Of a DNA stretch of 64,000 nucleotides, positions 47,206-56,503 are shown one piece after another; the first letter of the stretch is position 1; each line of letters begins with the position of its first letter. Origin of the DNA: an uncultured delta proteobacterium (GTDB lineage: Bacteria; Myxococcota_A; Polyangia; Polyangiales; Houyiibacteriaceae); the NCBI GenBank assembly GCA_963699755.1, contig CAVOVB010000001.1, positions 1,792,001 through 1,856,000 on the forward strand. Reading direction: 5' to 3'. Made by a program: the position numbers and the translations under genes. The notes below the pieces were generated by a model. It was given only the letters and a program-made list of their open reading frames with translations, was not told where the DNA came from and searched no databases.

Positions 47206-49476
47206 TCACTCGTACAGGTATCGGTAATCAGACAGGAGATAACTCATCGCGGCCATCCAGGCGCGAATGGTGTATTCCGTGTCCCGGTTGATTCGGCGGC
47301 TGTCCGGTAAGTCCGCGCCGGTGATTCGGTCGTTGTTGAGGCGGCACTGGCCTACGAGCTGGTCCGAGACCGACTCGTCAGCCAGACCTTGGCGGCCTAG
47401 ATTGTACGCCTCCATGAGAACGACCATCGTCGCTGCGATTTCCTCGTCGCCACCGGAGAGATCTTCGCCGAGAAGCCTGTCGTGGAGATGGCGAACCGCC
47501 TCCCGGACCTGGTCTGAGGTTTCCGACAGCGGCGTGTTCTGATCGATGCCTGGGAAGAGGAGCCGCTGGTTTGCGGGCTTCGAGAAGTCGTACGGAACGG
47601 CCGAGCAAGCCACCTCGTAGGCCATGCGCTGCGCGAGGCTTGCCATGACGCCATTGGGCTCCGTCACCCGTTGTGTCACCAGGTCCGAATCGATGCCGCC
47701 GTAGAAGATACGGTACTGGTCGAGCAAGTAGTCGGCCCGGTTCGGATTCGATCGCCAACGAACACCTGTGGTCGCCTGGATCTTGCGAGACAGATGCTCG
47801 GGCGTCAGGAGCCGAGCCGTGCCAAACGTCGAAAGCTCTTTTTCGAGATCGCTGGTGAGTGGGCTGGCGTTCTTGGCGCGGAAGTACGGGCTCAGGACGA
47901 TTTCGCGTACCAGGACCTTGAAGTTGTACCCGCTGTCGATGAAGCGCTGCTGAATCGTGCGCAAGACCTGCTGCTGCACGTTGTAGGCGCGCTGGAGGGC
48001 CGGATCGACGGTGGGGTCGATGTTTGGATCGTCATCTGGAAGTGGCGGAGGAGGTGGAGGGGGGGTCGATCCACCGACGCCGCCCATGCCACCGACGCCA
48101 GGGTCACCACCCATGCCACCGACGCCAGGGTCACCGCCCATGCCACCGATGCCAGGGTCACCGCCCATGCCACCGACGCCAGGGTCACCGCCCATGCCAC
48201 CGACGCCAGGGTCACCGCCCATGCCACCGAGACCAGGGTCGCCGCCCATGCCGCCGACACCAGGGTCGCCGCCAGCACCGCCTGCGCCGCCACTACCGCC
48301 CGTGCCACCCATGTCAGGTGGAGTCGGGATCGTGATGTCGAGAATCTCTTGCCCTGTCAGTCCTTGGAAGACCGTCTTCACTGTGGCCTGGGCGAATCTC
48401 GGATTCTGCGCGACTCGCTGGGCAAACCATTGCAGCGCGTTTCTCCGATTCTGGTTCGGCAGCGCTTCGCCGTTGAAGCCCGGCGGCAAGATGTAGTCGG
48501 GCCCAAACCATTCGCCGTCGCCGCTGTATTCACCGTTCTCATTCCAGTTCATGAAAAGGCCGGCGACCGGGTCCATGGTGGTATGACAGACGATGCAGTC
48601 CGGGTTGTTGAGCGTCGGGTTCTCGCCGAAATCATTGCTCGCATCGACCGGTCGATTTCCGAATTGATTGATGTCGATGTCGAGGAAGAAGAAGTACGCC
48701 ATGCGCGAACGGTGCCGATTGATGTTCGTGTCGCTCGTCGGAAAACGGTTGAGGAACATCGCTGACGTGAGAATGCCGGCATGAGGAATGCCTGGCACGT
48801 AGATCTCCTGGAAGCCTTCCGGATTGTCGCCGAGCCCAACTGGGATGTCTGGTAGTCCGATGAGTGAAAACGCCGAGTAGGTGTTCGCCATCGTGTAGTC
48901 CGCAGTCAGGATCTCGGTGAACGGACGCTCGGACCGAATGACATGCGCGATCAGCTCCAGCGGTTCCCGCGCCAACGAGTCGTTGGTCATCAATGCCGTC
49001 TTGTCATCGCCGGGGAACCTGTTCTCGAACCAGCGGAGATTCGGCCAAACCTCTTCGTCGAGCAGCTCGATGGCGTTTTCCCGGCCGAGGTATTTGTCGG
49101 TCAAGAAATGATCGTTGTAGAGCTCGATCATTCGCAGGGTGAAACCAGGGTCGCGCATCATCTCCGCGAGTGACGCTTCGAGCCCGAGCTGGCCGTGAAC
49201 TTCCGCAACGGCTCGCTGCGACTCGGTGGGAAGCTTACCCGTGAGCTCGAGGCTCGCCTTACGCAGTGTCTCGGTCCAACTCAAGAGCTCGAGCTGTCCG
49301 TCATACGGGTTGGCAAAGCCGTCCGATCGCGGACAGGCGTTGATGTCTTGGGTTGAGCAGCCCCCAAAGAGGGTGGGATCTTCCTTGCAGCCCGATACGG
49401 TGAGCACCGAACCGAGCAACAGGATCGCCAATCCGCCCTTAAGGCTGCCGTGAATGCAAGTCTGACTCATCTGCAC
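47206..49476 (-). CDS. DUF1588/DUF1592-type lipoprotein with one CxxCH and a Gly-rich repeat insert
   Basis: Lipobox VSGC, ILTADYT, HAGILT, NRHR, CIVCHTTMDP. Upstream of the DUF1501-like gene. Confidence 0.7.
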   Translation of the reverse strand: MQMSQTCIHGSLKGGLAILLLGSVLTVSGCKEDPTLFGGCSTQDINACPRSDGFANPYDGQLELLSWTETLRKASLELTGKLPTESQRAVAEVHGQLGLEASLAEMMRDPGFTLRMIELYNDHFLTDKYLGRENAIELLDEEVWPNLRWFENRFPGDDKTALMTNDSLAREPLELIAHVIRSERPFTEILTADYTMANTYSAFSLIGLPDIPVGLGDNPEGFQEIYVPGIPHAGILTSAMFLNRFPTSDTNINRHRSRMAYFFFLDIDINQFGNRPVDASNDFGENPTLNNPDCIVCHTTMDPVAGLFMNWNENGEYSGDGEWFGPDYILPPGFNGEALPNQNRRNALQWFAQRVAQNPRFAQATVKTVFQGLTGQEILDITIPTPPDMGGTGGSGGAGGAGGDPGVGGMGGDPGLGGMGGDPGVGGMGGDPGVGGMGGDPGIGGMGGDPGVGGMGGDPGVGGMGGVGGSTPPPPPPPLPDDDPNIDPTVDPALQRAYNVQQQVLRTIQQRFIDSGYNFKVLVREIVLSPYFRAKNASPLTSDLEKELSTFGTARLLTPEHLSRKIQATTGVRWRSNPNRADYLLDQYRIFYGGIDSDLVTQRVTEPNGVMASLAQRMAYEVACSAVPYDFSKPANQRLLFPGIDQNTPLSETSDQVREAVRHLHDRLLGEDLSGGDEEIAATMVVLMEAYNLGRQGLADESVSDQLVGQCRLNNDRITGADLPDSRRINRDTEYTIRAWMAAMSYLLSDYRYLYE
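48075..48275 (-). repeat. 27-bp tandem repeat encoding (GDPG[V/L/I]GGMG) x7
   Basis: Repeated ccgcccatgccaccgacgccagggtca units. Confidence 0.9.
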
Positions 49477-49717
49477 AAACGTCAGCCTAACATGCTAGAA
49501 AACACCCTGCAGGACTAAATTCAAACTGTAATACAATGGAATACAGTCAATTCATGTACCTTAAGGGTCAATTTATTTCGTGAGCGGGCTTGCATCTTCT
49601 CTGTAGTTTGCGAACATCAAAGAAGAAAGCAGGGGTGAATTTTTCCTTTGGAGAAGTGATTTTTTTCCCCCATCATTAGAGCCTCAACAGAATTTTTTAT
49701 CAGGAGTGACAGAAAAA

Positions 49718-50206
49718 ATGTCTTACACACGGACGAATTGGGTGCGATTCATGGTTTTGGTCGCTTGTGGTTCGGTTCTCGCAGCTTGCGGGGAAAGCGA
49801 CGTCGGGGCGCCATTCTCTGCAAACCTGGTGTACTGCGATAACCCGATGACGGCTGAGCTGTCGTGCTCGCTCGGAGGCTATTCGATAGCGGACGACTCC
49901 GCGCTCCGTACCAAGTTAGAAGGTTGCGCTACGGGCCAAGGCTGTCATGCCGCGGGAACTTCGTTCACGACCTGGGCTATGGATCTCTCCGGATCGGTCG
50001 AGGGCGCGCTGTCAGCGCTGACGACCTTCGCGGATAATAGCCCGTACTTCCTGGTCGACGACTTCGATCCTGATTGCAGCCAAGTGCTGAGTGAGATCAC
50101 GAGCGAGCCCGTGGGAGCCGTCCGGATGCCGGTCACCGGTGGCTATTGGAGCACCGCGGAGACGGACTGCTTTCGGTCGTATCTGCACGAGCTGTATCCG
50201 CAGTAG
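49718..50206 (+). CDS. Cys-rich lipoprotein with atypical CX5CH motif
   Basis: Lipobox LAAC, CATGQGCH, RMP motif near the C-terminus. Confidence 0.65.
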   Translation: MSYTRTNWVRFMVLVACGSVLAACGESDVGAPFSANLVYCDNPMTAELSCSLGGYSIADDSALRTKLEGCATGQGCHAAGTSFTTWAMDLSGSVEGALSALTTFADNSPYFLVDDFDPDCSQVLSEITSEPVGAVRMPVTGGYWSTAETDCFRSYLHELYPQ

Positions 50207-50227
50207 CGGACTGACGACACTTGACGG

Positions 50228-51260
50228 TCAGCCTCGCTCGGCGCGGCGGATCCCCAGATTGACGATCTTCTGTAGGAGATTCGGGTAGGTCATCCCGGCG
50301 GCCTTGGCCGCGCCCGCAAACTCTTCGAACTCGCCGATGTCGGGGTTCGGGTTGGCTTCCAAGAAGTACAACCCGACCCGACTCGTCGAGCCGAAAGTCG
50401 ATTCGCACGCATCCGTCGGTGCCGAGTCGCCGGCAAATCCGCCGCGAGAGCCGCGCGATCCGGCGTTCCGTTTCTTCGGAAAGCCCCTTCGCTCGGCCGA
50501 TGCGCACGCCGTACTTTTGCTGGTACTCCAGATTCCATTTGACCTTGCGAGTGGCGATCTTGGGCGCGTCATCGGGAAGCTTGTCTAGGAAGATCTCCCA
50601 GGTCGGAAGCACCTGCAATCGATGATTTCCGAGGACCGAGACGTAGAGCTCCCGGCCCTCGATGTATTGCTCCACGACGGCGTCCGTGCGAATTTTCTCG
50701 TGAATGAAGGCCACTCTTTCTTCGAGGGCCTTGTTGCTGTGCACGACGGAGGCCTGTGCGATTCCGTAGCTTCCTTCTTCGATTAGCGATTTGACGATGA
50801 GCGGGAACTCCAGCCGCTGGGGAGGCTTGATCTTCCGGTAGCGGGGAAAGACACGGAACCGCGGCACCTGAATCCGGTGATAAGCCAGGACCTTCTTCGA
50901 AAGTGCCTTATCACGGGCCAAGAGGAGCCCTCGCGGGTTGCAACCGGTATAGGGCGCACGCTGAAGCTCCAGGTATCCGACCACGTGCGCATCGAAAATC
51001 GCCTCTCCGTCGAACTCCTCGAGAAGGTTGAACACGACGTGTGGCCTGAATTCTTCAATTGCAGTGCGAAGTGGCGCGAGCTCGTCGCTCAGGCCGATCA
51101 TGATGACCTCGTGTCCAAGCGCCCGCAGACCCTTGCGCACCTCGAGCTCCGTCTTGAAAGGCGCGACTTGTTCGTCGGAGAGGTCGCTGATGTCTTCGGG
51201 CGGGATGAGACTCTGGTGCACGAGAACGATGATTCGCCTTCGTTTTACAGTGGATGCCAT
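50228..51260 (-). CDS. D-Ala-D-Ala ligase-like ATP-grasp enzyme (frameshift at ~50373)
   Basis: VFNLLEEF, PYTG, FPLIVKS, EQYIEGRE, RIDFR, then LEANPNP in the shifted frame after an extra G. Confidence 0.85.
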
Positions 51261-52261
51261 GTGTCCCGCCGGTGCAGAAGGTGCACCGTGTGCACCGTCA
51301 ACATGATGGCAAAGTCGAGCTTCGTCTGACGCTCCCCCTTGGTGAGTCGGAGCCTCAGCTCGCGACACCGGCCGATGATATCACGAAGCACCTGGTCGAC
51401 GGTGAACTGATATTCGCCCGTGAAAATCGAAATCTGTTCTCGAATTTGGCGGCGATTGCGACGCAGGAATCCAGCTGCCGTCTCGTTGTTCCGATAGCGC
51501 GGGGAGTCGCTGAAGATCTTGAGAAGGTCCCTGTCATACTCGTCGCTAAAACCAGGGCTGTAGTGGTCCTGCCGGCGTTCGTAGTGGCGGCGCAGCGTGT
51601 GGCGGAGTCGTGGCAGCGAGTACGGGCGCGCGCGTGAGCTTACCTGCGGCTTCTCATCCGCGAGGTCGGCGATGAGTGCGTCGATGTACTCGAGCTTCTC
51701 GAGCGCGGATGAGCGTGCATATTGCTTTCGCCAATTCGAGCGCGGGGCTAGCCAGACGGCAAACGTTTCGGCGAAGTCTTCCACGGGATGGGCCTGCGCG
51801 TACCAGCCGTCGAGGTGTTCCACGAATCCTTTGCTCGAGGGGTTGGGTCGGTAGAAGTCCGGGTAGGGCTCGGAAGCGCGGCCGAATGCCTGCTGCCAGA
51901 GCTTTCGCCGCTGGAGGTTGTATGCGTGCTGGAGCGCATGCCCGGCTTCGTGGCGAAGCAGACGCATGCACTCGACGCGAGTGCCCCCCTCCACCTCGAA
52001 CATCATCTGCCGTTCCAACCGCATCAGCCGGGGGTGCGCGAGATAGAATGGCACTCCGACGCCGGGAATGCCGTCGGGAGAGCACCACTCATCGCTCAGC
52101 CAGAAGTGGATACGAAACCGCCGCAGCCCCGCGATGTCGAGCTCTTCGCGAAGGCGCCCCACGCAGTCTTCGAGCCACGTATCGGCAACGGTGAGACCGA
52201 GATCGCTCAGGCGAACGTCGAGGAGCTCCTCGGTTGGCAGACTTTCCCAGTCGACGGGCAC
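51245..52261 (-). CDS. Putative zinc metallopeptidase (zincin, Peptidase_Mx-like)
   Basis: LRHEAGHA (HExxH) and YAQAHPVEDFAETFAVWL. Overlaps the ATP-grasp gene start. Confidence 0.82.
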   Translation of the reverse strand: MPVDWESLPTEELLDVRLSDLGLTVADTWLEDCVGRLREELDIAGLRRFRIHFWLSDEWCSPDGIPGVGVPFYLAHPRLMRLERQMMFEVEGGTRVECMRLLRHEAGHALQHAYNLQRRKLWQQAFGRASEPYPDFYRPNPSSKGFVEHLDGWYAQAHPVEDFAETFAVWLAPRSNWRKQYARSSALEKLEYIDALIADLADEKPQVSSRARPYSLPRLRHTLRRHYERRQDHYSPGFSDEYDRDLLKIFSDSPRYRNNETAAGFLRRNRRQIREQISIFTGEYQFTVDQVLRDIIGRCRELRLRLTKGERQTKLDFAIMLTVHTVHLLHRRDTWHPL

Positions 52262-52313
52262 AGCGGGCGCAGCTTGAAGGATCTATCTGCGCGCGACAAC
52301 AGCCTGGCGACGC

Positions 52314-53060
52314 TCAGTCACGCTCGTGGCAAAAGGTCCCGTTCCAACCGTCCAGGCAGTTGCACTCATAGGAACCGTACTCGTTTGTGCAGCTCTCGGT
52401 GCCGAATGGGTTGCAGAAACCGAAGGCGAACGCGCATTCGTCGAGATCGTCGCATTGCAGCTCTGACGTTTCCCAACTGCCATCGGCTTGGCAGGCAATG
52501 CTTTCATAGCCTGGCCCAAAGCCCCACTCACAGCTGATCGTCACGACGTCGCCAAACTCAGTGCCTGTGATTTCCCCAGTCTCAGAGTTGGGCGGCCCTT
52601 CGGGTGGGCTTCCGCAGCCCACCGGGACGTTGCAGTTCGTGCCTTCAAAACCCGGCTCGCAGACGCAAACCACTTGGCCGGAGCTGTCATCGCAGCTTCC
52701 GTTGATGCAGGCGTTTGGAGTCTCGCAGCTCAGGAGCCGCACCGTGCACAGGCCGCCCGGGTCGATGCCCCATCCTTCGTGGCAGTCGCATGACGACGAG
52801 CGAACCCGATCGACGCAATCGCCGTTCATGCAGTCGACTCCCCGGCAGTCGTCGATCCATTCCGAGCAACTGGGGCCCGAATAGTCCACCGGCTCGCAGA
52901 AGCAGTCGGTCACGACGCAAACACCGCCGTGTTCGCAAACCGGTGTACAGCTCGCGCGCGGGCCTGGACGTTCCAAGCCGGCGAGACCGCTGCGATCCAC
53001 GAAGCAGCCAGCGATCGCGGTCAACGCGACCAGCGCGCAAACCCCAAGCGCCTTGTTCAT
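52314..53060 (-). CDS. Lipoprotein with EGF-like, Sushi/CCP and Ca-binding EGF domains
   Basis: Lipobox IAGC, CVCEPGFEGTNC, CQADGSW, DDLDEC..CTNEYGSYECNC. Confidence 0.8.
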   Translation of the reverse strand: MNKALGVCALVALTAIAGCFVDRSGLAGLERPGPRASCTPVCEHGGVCVVTDCFCEPVDYSGPSCSEWIDDCRGVDCMNGDCVDRVRSSSCDCHEGWGIDPGGLCTVRLLSCETPNACINGSCDDSSGQVVCVCEPGFEGTNCNVPVGCGSPPEGPPNSETGEITGTEFGDVVTISCEWGFGPGYESIACQADGSWETSELQCDDLDECAFAFGFCNPFGTESCTNEYGSYECNCLDGWNGTFCHERD

Positions 53061-53135
53061 GCTTCTGCCCACGCTTCAATGAAACAAAACCACACGGGTC
53101 CTACCAGGGTGACATGTGCGAAATTGTGGGTGTGG

Positions 53136-53795
53136 CTACCAGGGAAGCGGTTCGCCGTTCGCTTGCCAGAAGCCCCCAGTGTCCTCCAGGCGAAGCCCGT
53201 CGATTCGCGAGATCAAGCCCTTGGCCGATTCTGAGGCCGGGATGCCGTGGTGGCCGGTCATGTCCGTCGCGACGAGGCCCGGATGAAGAATCGCGACCGA
53301 CACGCCCTTGCTGCGAAAGTCGTGCGCGAGGTTCACGCCGGCCATGTTCAAGGCCGCCTTCGCCATGCGGTAGCCATAGTAGCTACCAGAGCCGTTGTCC
53401 CCGATCGAGCCCATCCTGCTGGTGATGAGGATGATCTTCGAGCCCTTCTCGAGATGAGGGGACAGGGTCGACGTGACCCGAAGGGCGCCCAGGGCGTTGA
53501 CTTCGAACTGCTCCCGGATTCGGTCGAAGTCGAGGCCGTCGAACGATTCGTTTCCAAAGATGCCGGCGTTGTTGATGAGGACGTCGATTCGAGTGTCGCC
53601 GAGCTCCTGCGACACCGCTTCGAGCGCCGCCTGGTCGGTCACATCGACCTTCTCGAAGAGTCGCACACCGAGCGCCTCGAGCTCCGGGCTCGCTTTTCGG
53701 CAAAGCGCGATGATGTCGTCGCCGCGCTCCCGGAGCTGGCGGCTGAGCTCTAGGCCGATGCCCTTGTTTGCGCCCGTGATCAGTACCGTTGCCAT
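53136..53795 (-). CDS. Short-chain dehydrogenase/reductase (CsgA-like subfamily)
   Basis: TGANKGIG, NNAG, ITSRMGSI, YRMAK, LHPG. Confidence 0.9.
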   Translation of the reverse strand: MATVLITGANKGIGLELSRQLRERGDDIIALCRKASPELEALGVRLFEKVDVTDQAALEAVSQELGDTRIDVLINNAGIFGNESFDGLDFDRIREQFEVNALGALRVTSTLSPHLEKGSKIILITSRMGSIGDNGSGSYYGYRMAKAALNMAGVNLAHDFRSKGVSVAILHPGLVATDMTGHHGIPASESAKGLISRIDGLRLEDTGGFWQANGEPLPW

Positions 53796-53857
53796 GAAGC
53801 CCTCCTCGGTTTGAAGGCTATCATAGGGCCCCTATCGTCGTGTCGAGCCCAAGGCGC

Positions 53858-54292
53858 TCATCGAATCGGGACGCAGAGCCGGTCCCCGGCGATGAACTCG
53901 CATCCAAAGCCAGCGGGTACGTCGCAGTCGGCGTCGATCTCGCAGCGCTCCACGCAGACCCGTGCCCCGATCGGACCTCCAAGGACCGCATGATCCAGAC
54001 ACGCGCCTGGCAGACCGTTGAATTCGGAGAACGGACAATCGAGATCATCGAAGCAGTCGACCGTGCAGATCGCGTTCACGAAATCCGTGTAGCGATCGGC
54101 GGGCAAGGCGAGCTCTTCGCAGTACTCGCCTGCGTAGCAATCGACGTTCGAGTAGCAGACTTCGTACGTGATCGCTTTGGGACCCGGTTCGAAGACATCG
54201 TCGTAGTCCCCAATGAAAATGCAGCCGGAAAGCATCGAGGTGAACACTGCGATTCCCAACCAGCTAGAGCGTCGAATTGGATTAAGTTTCAT
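53858..54292 (-). CDS. Cys-rich lipoprotein
   Basis: Lipobox LSGC and repeated C-x3-D-C modules. Confidence 0.7.
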   Translation of the reverse strand: MKLNPIRRSSWLGIAVFTSMLSGCIFIGDYDDVFEPGPKAITYEVCYSNVDCYAGEYCEELALPADRYTDFVNAICTVDCFDDLDCPFSEFNGLPGACLDHAVLGGPIGARVCVERCEIDADCDVPAGFGCEFIAGDRLCVPIR

Positions 54293-54433
54293 CGTGAAAG
54301 CCCTCTCTCTAAGCAGATAGACGTCCCTCCGTGCCTGCGATTCAACCGAGCGCGTTCCCTGTTTTTTCGGCCCGAATTTCAGCCTGATCTCGGTCTCCGC
54401 AAGTACCCCGGACCGGCGGTATCGTTCCGACCC

Positions 54434-54817
54434 ATGGCCACCCGCGGACGCGCTCGTCTTCTATTCATTGATGGCTTCGTCAACCTCTTGTTGGGTGTCG
54501 CGCTCCTGTGCTTCGATCCCGTCGCGGGTTGGTTGGGTGTTCCAGCTTCCGATACGCCGTTCTATCCAATGATTCTTGGAGCAGTGTTGTTTGGAATCGG
54601 GATCGCACTGATCTGAGAAGGTGTCCGCGGCGATGGTCAGCTGGTTGGTCTCGGCCTTGGCGGGGCCATCGCGATCAACCTCAGTGGCGGCTTGGCGCTG
54701 ACAGGCTGGCTGCTCTTCGGCGATTTGAGCTTACCCTTTCGAGGGCAGCTCTTCCTTTGGACCCTGGCCTCGATTCTAGTGCTGATTAGCCTCGCAGAGC
54801 TCAGAATGCGTGCCTAG
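54434..54817 (+). pseudogene. Four-TM membrane protein interrupted by an in-frame TGA at 54614
   Basis: ..GIGIALI*EGVRGDGQLVGLGLGGAIAINL..: hydrophobic coding continues in frame to TAG 54815-54817. Confidence 0.65.
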
Positions 54818-56457
54818 GCTTTTCCGCGTTTGGTTCCTTGCCTGCTAGCGCTTTTCCCAGCTCGGCGGCCCGAGTAGACGCAGTCGGCGATCGACAGGCC
54901 GCTGACGTATTGGCGGGAGCAGATGCCCACGGCGTTCCGGCCAGCCGCATACAAACCGGGGACGACGCCTCCGTTTTCGCTGAGGACTTGCCCCGTTCTT
55001 TCGTCGACCGCGAGCCCACCGAGTGTCATTACCGCGCAGAGGTGGCGCTTCGAGCCGAGTGAACAGTCGATCGCGTAGTACGGTCCGCTGCTCAGCGGGT
55101 GCACGCTGTCAGGCGCTTTGTCGAAACGGTCCGCGCGAATCCCTTGCGCCACCGCGTTGTTCTCATCGAGCGTCTTTTGAAGCGCCTCGCGCGGCACATC
55201 GAGCATCTTCGCCAAGGCATCGACGTCTTCGGCCTTCTTGCAGTTGAGGTAGAGGTTCATCAGCGCGGCGGCCCGCTGAAACCACTGGAGCTCGCCCGGC
55301 TTGGACTGCTCGTGGGCGAGCTTCTTGAGCTTTTCATCGATGATGAGCGTGGCAACGCCGTGATTCTCTTCCACCATGGCCTCGCCGATCTTTGCGCCGT
55401 ACCAGAATTCGTTGGCAAAGCGCTCGCCTTTGTCGTTGACCAACACACCCTGGGCAAATGCGTTTGGCGGGTAGAGAAAACGCCACGCCGAGGCTCGGTG
55501 CATCTGCTCGAGCCTCCCCCCGACGCTTTGGCCGAGACGAATCCCCAGGCCGTCGTCACCGGCCGTTCCGAGCGGCAGGCCGGGGACGAACTCAGGCAGG
55601 TGCTCGGCGACCATCTCACGATTGAAGACGAAGCCGCCGGCGCAGAGGATCAGGCCGCGACGGGATCGAATCCGCTTTGGCTCCGAATGCCGGCGCTCGA
55701 TTCCATCGCAGCGATTTCGAAGCCACCCCGCCAGGGCGGGCGCGATCTTCCCGATGGTGGTCTCGAAGTCGTGCAGTCGCTTGTGAAGGCCGCGCCAGAA
55801 GCCCGAAGCGATGCGTTGGTACTCCGCGCCGCTCACGCGGCCGTTTCTGTCAACGATCAAGCGGCTGACACGCGCCTGGAGCTCGATCCGCACGCCTTCC
55901 GCAACCGCCGTTTGGCGCAGCGGCTCGATGATGTTCGCGCCGGGAAAGGCTCCGCCGTCGGCACGGTGGCCCCGCGGCGCCGGCTTTGCGTGCTGGCTGT
56001 AAGGAGGGAAGGTCTCGTTCCCGGAATAGTAGAGATGGTACTCGTCGGTCGGATAGGAGGTCTTGATCGGGCAGAGATTCGGCAAGAACGGAACGCCACG
56101 GTCGGTCAGCCACTTCACGTTGGCCGCGCTGGTATCACAGAAGTCCCGCAGCGTTTCGTCCGACACCGCGTCCTGCACCTCCATCGATAGATATCGGTAC
56201 ATGTTCTCCACGCTGTCCTGGACGCCGGCCTCTTTCTGAATGTGGGTGCCGCCCCCTCCGTAGAAGACTCCTCCGCTAATCGAGGTGGCGCCGCCTCCTT
56301 CGAAACGATCCAAAATAACGACCTCGGCGCCGTGCTCACGCCCTTCGATGGCAGCCGTGATGCCTGCGGCGCCCAAGCCCACGACGACCAGATCTGCAAC
56401 GTCATCCCAGTGCGCGCCGTCCAGGTCTTCGACTACGATCGGGCTCAGGCGGCTCAT
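54814..56457 (-). CDS. FAD-dependent 3-ketosteroid dehydrogenase, probably Delta4-(5alpha) type
   Basis: VGLGAAG, SISGGVFYGGGGT, YYSGNE, TLGGL, YVSGLSIADCVYSGR. Confidence 0.78.
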   Translation of the reverse strand: MSRLSPIVVEDLDGAHWDDVADLVVVGLGAAGITAAIEGREHGAEVVILDRFEGGGATSISGGVFYGGGGTHIQKEAGVQDSVENMYRYLSMEVQDAVSDETLRDFCDTSAANVKWLTDRGVPFLPNLCPIKTSYPTDEYHLYYSGNETFPPYSQHAKPAPRGHRADGGAFPGANIIEPLRQTAVAEGVRIELQARVSRLIVDRNGRVSGAEYQRIASGFWRGLHKRLHDFETTIGKIAPALAGWLRNRCDGIERRHSEPKRIRSRRGLILCAGGFVFNREMVAEHLPEFVPGLPLGTAGDDGLGIRLGQSVGGRLEQMHRASAWRFLYPPNAFAQGVLVNDKGERFANEFWYGAKIGEAMVEENHGVATLIIDEKLKKLAHEQSKPGELQWFQRAAALMNLYLNCKKAEDVDALAKMLDVPREALQKTLDENNAVAQGIRADRFDKAPDSVHPLSSGPYYAIDCSLGSKRHLCAVMTLGGLAVDERTGQVLSENGGVVPGLYAAGRNAVGICSRQYVSGLSIADCVYSGRRAGKSASRQGTKRGKA

Positions 56458-56503
56458 CTGGATTGCGCAAGCTAGCATGCCGGTTCAAGTTCGGCAGCGG
56501 CAC

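Noticed and set aside
48075..48275. 27-bp repeats as a CRISPR array
   Set aside because: The units are contiguous with no unique spacers, lie in frame within a CDS, and no cas genes are present.
49480..49715. AT-rich stretch as a foreign insertion or RNA gene
   Set aside because: It is short, lies between divergent genes, and has no integrase, att site or tRNA-like fold. It is best explained as a promoter region.
52780..52800. SSCDCH in the EGF protein as a heme site
   Set aside because: The spacing is CxCH, and the Cys residues fit the EGF disulfide pattern.
53136..53795. Calling the SDR csgA (C-signal)
   Set aside because: The subfamily is widespread and orthology cannot be shown from motifs alone.
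54614..54616. Selenocysteine recoding
   Set aside because: The context is a TM boundary with no redox motif, and I could not identify a convincing SECIS hairpin.
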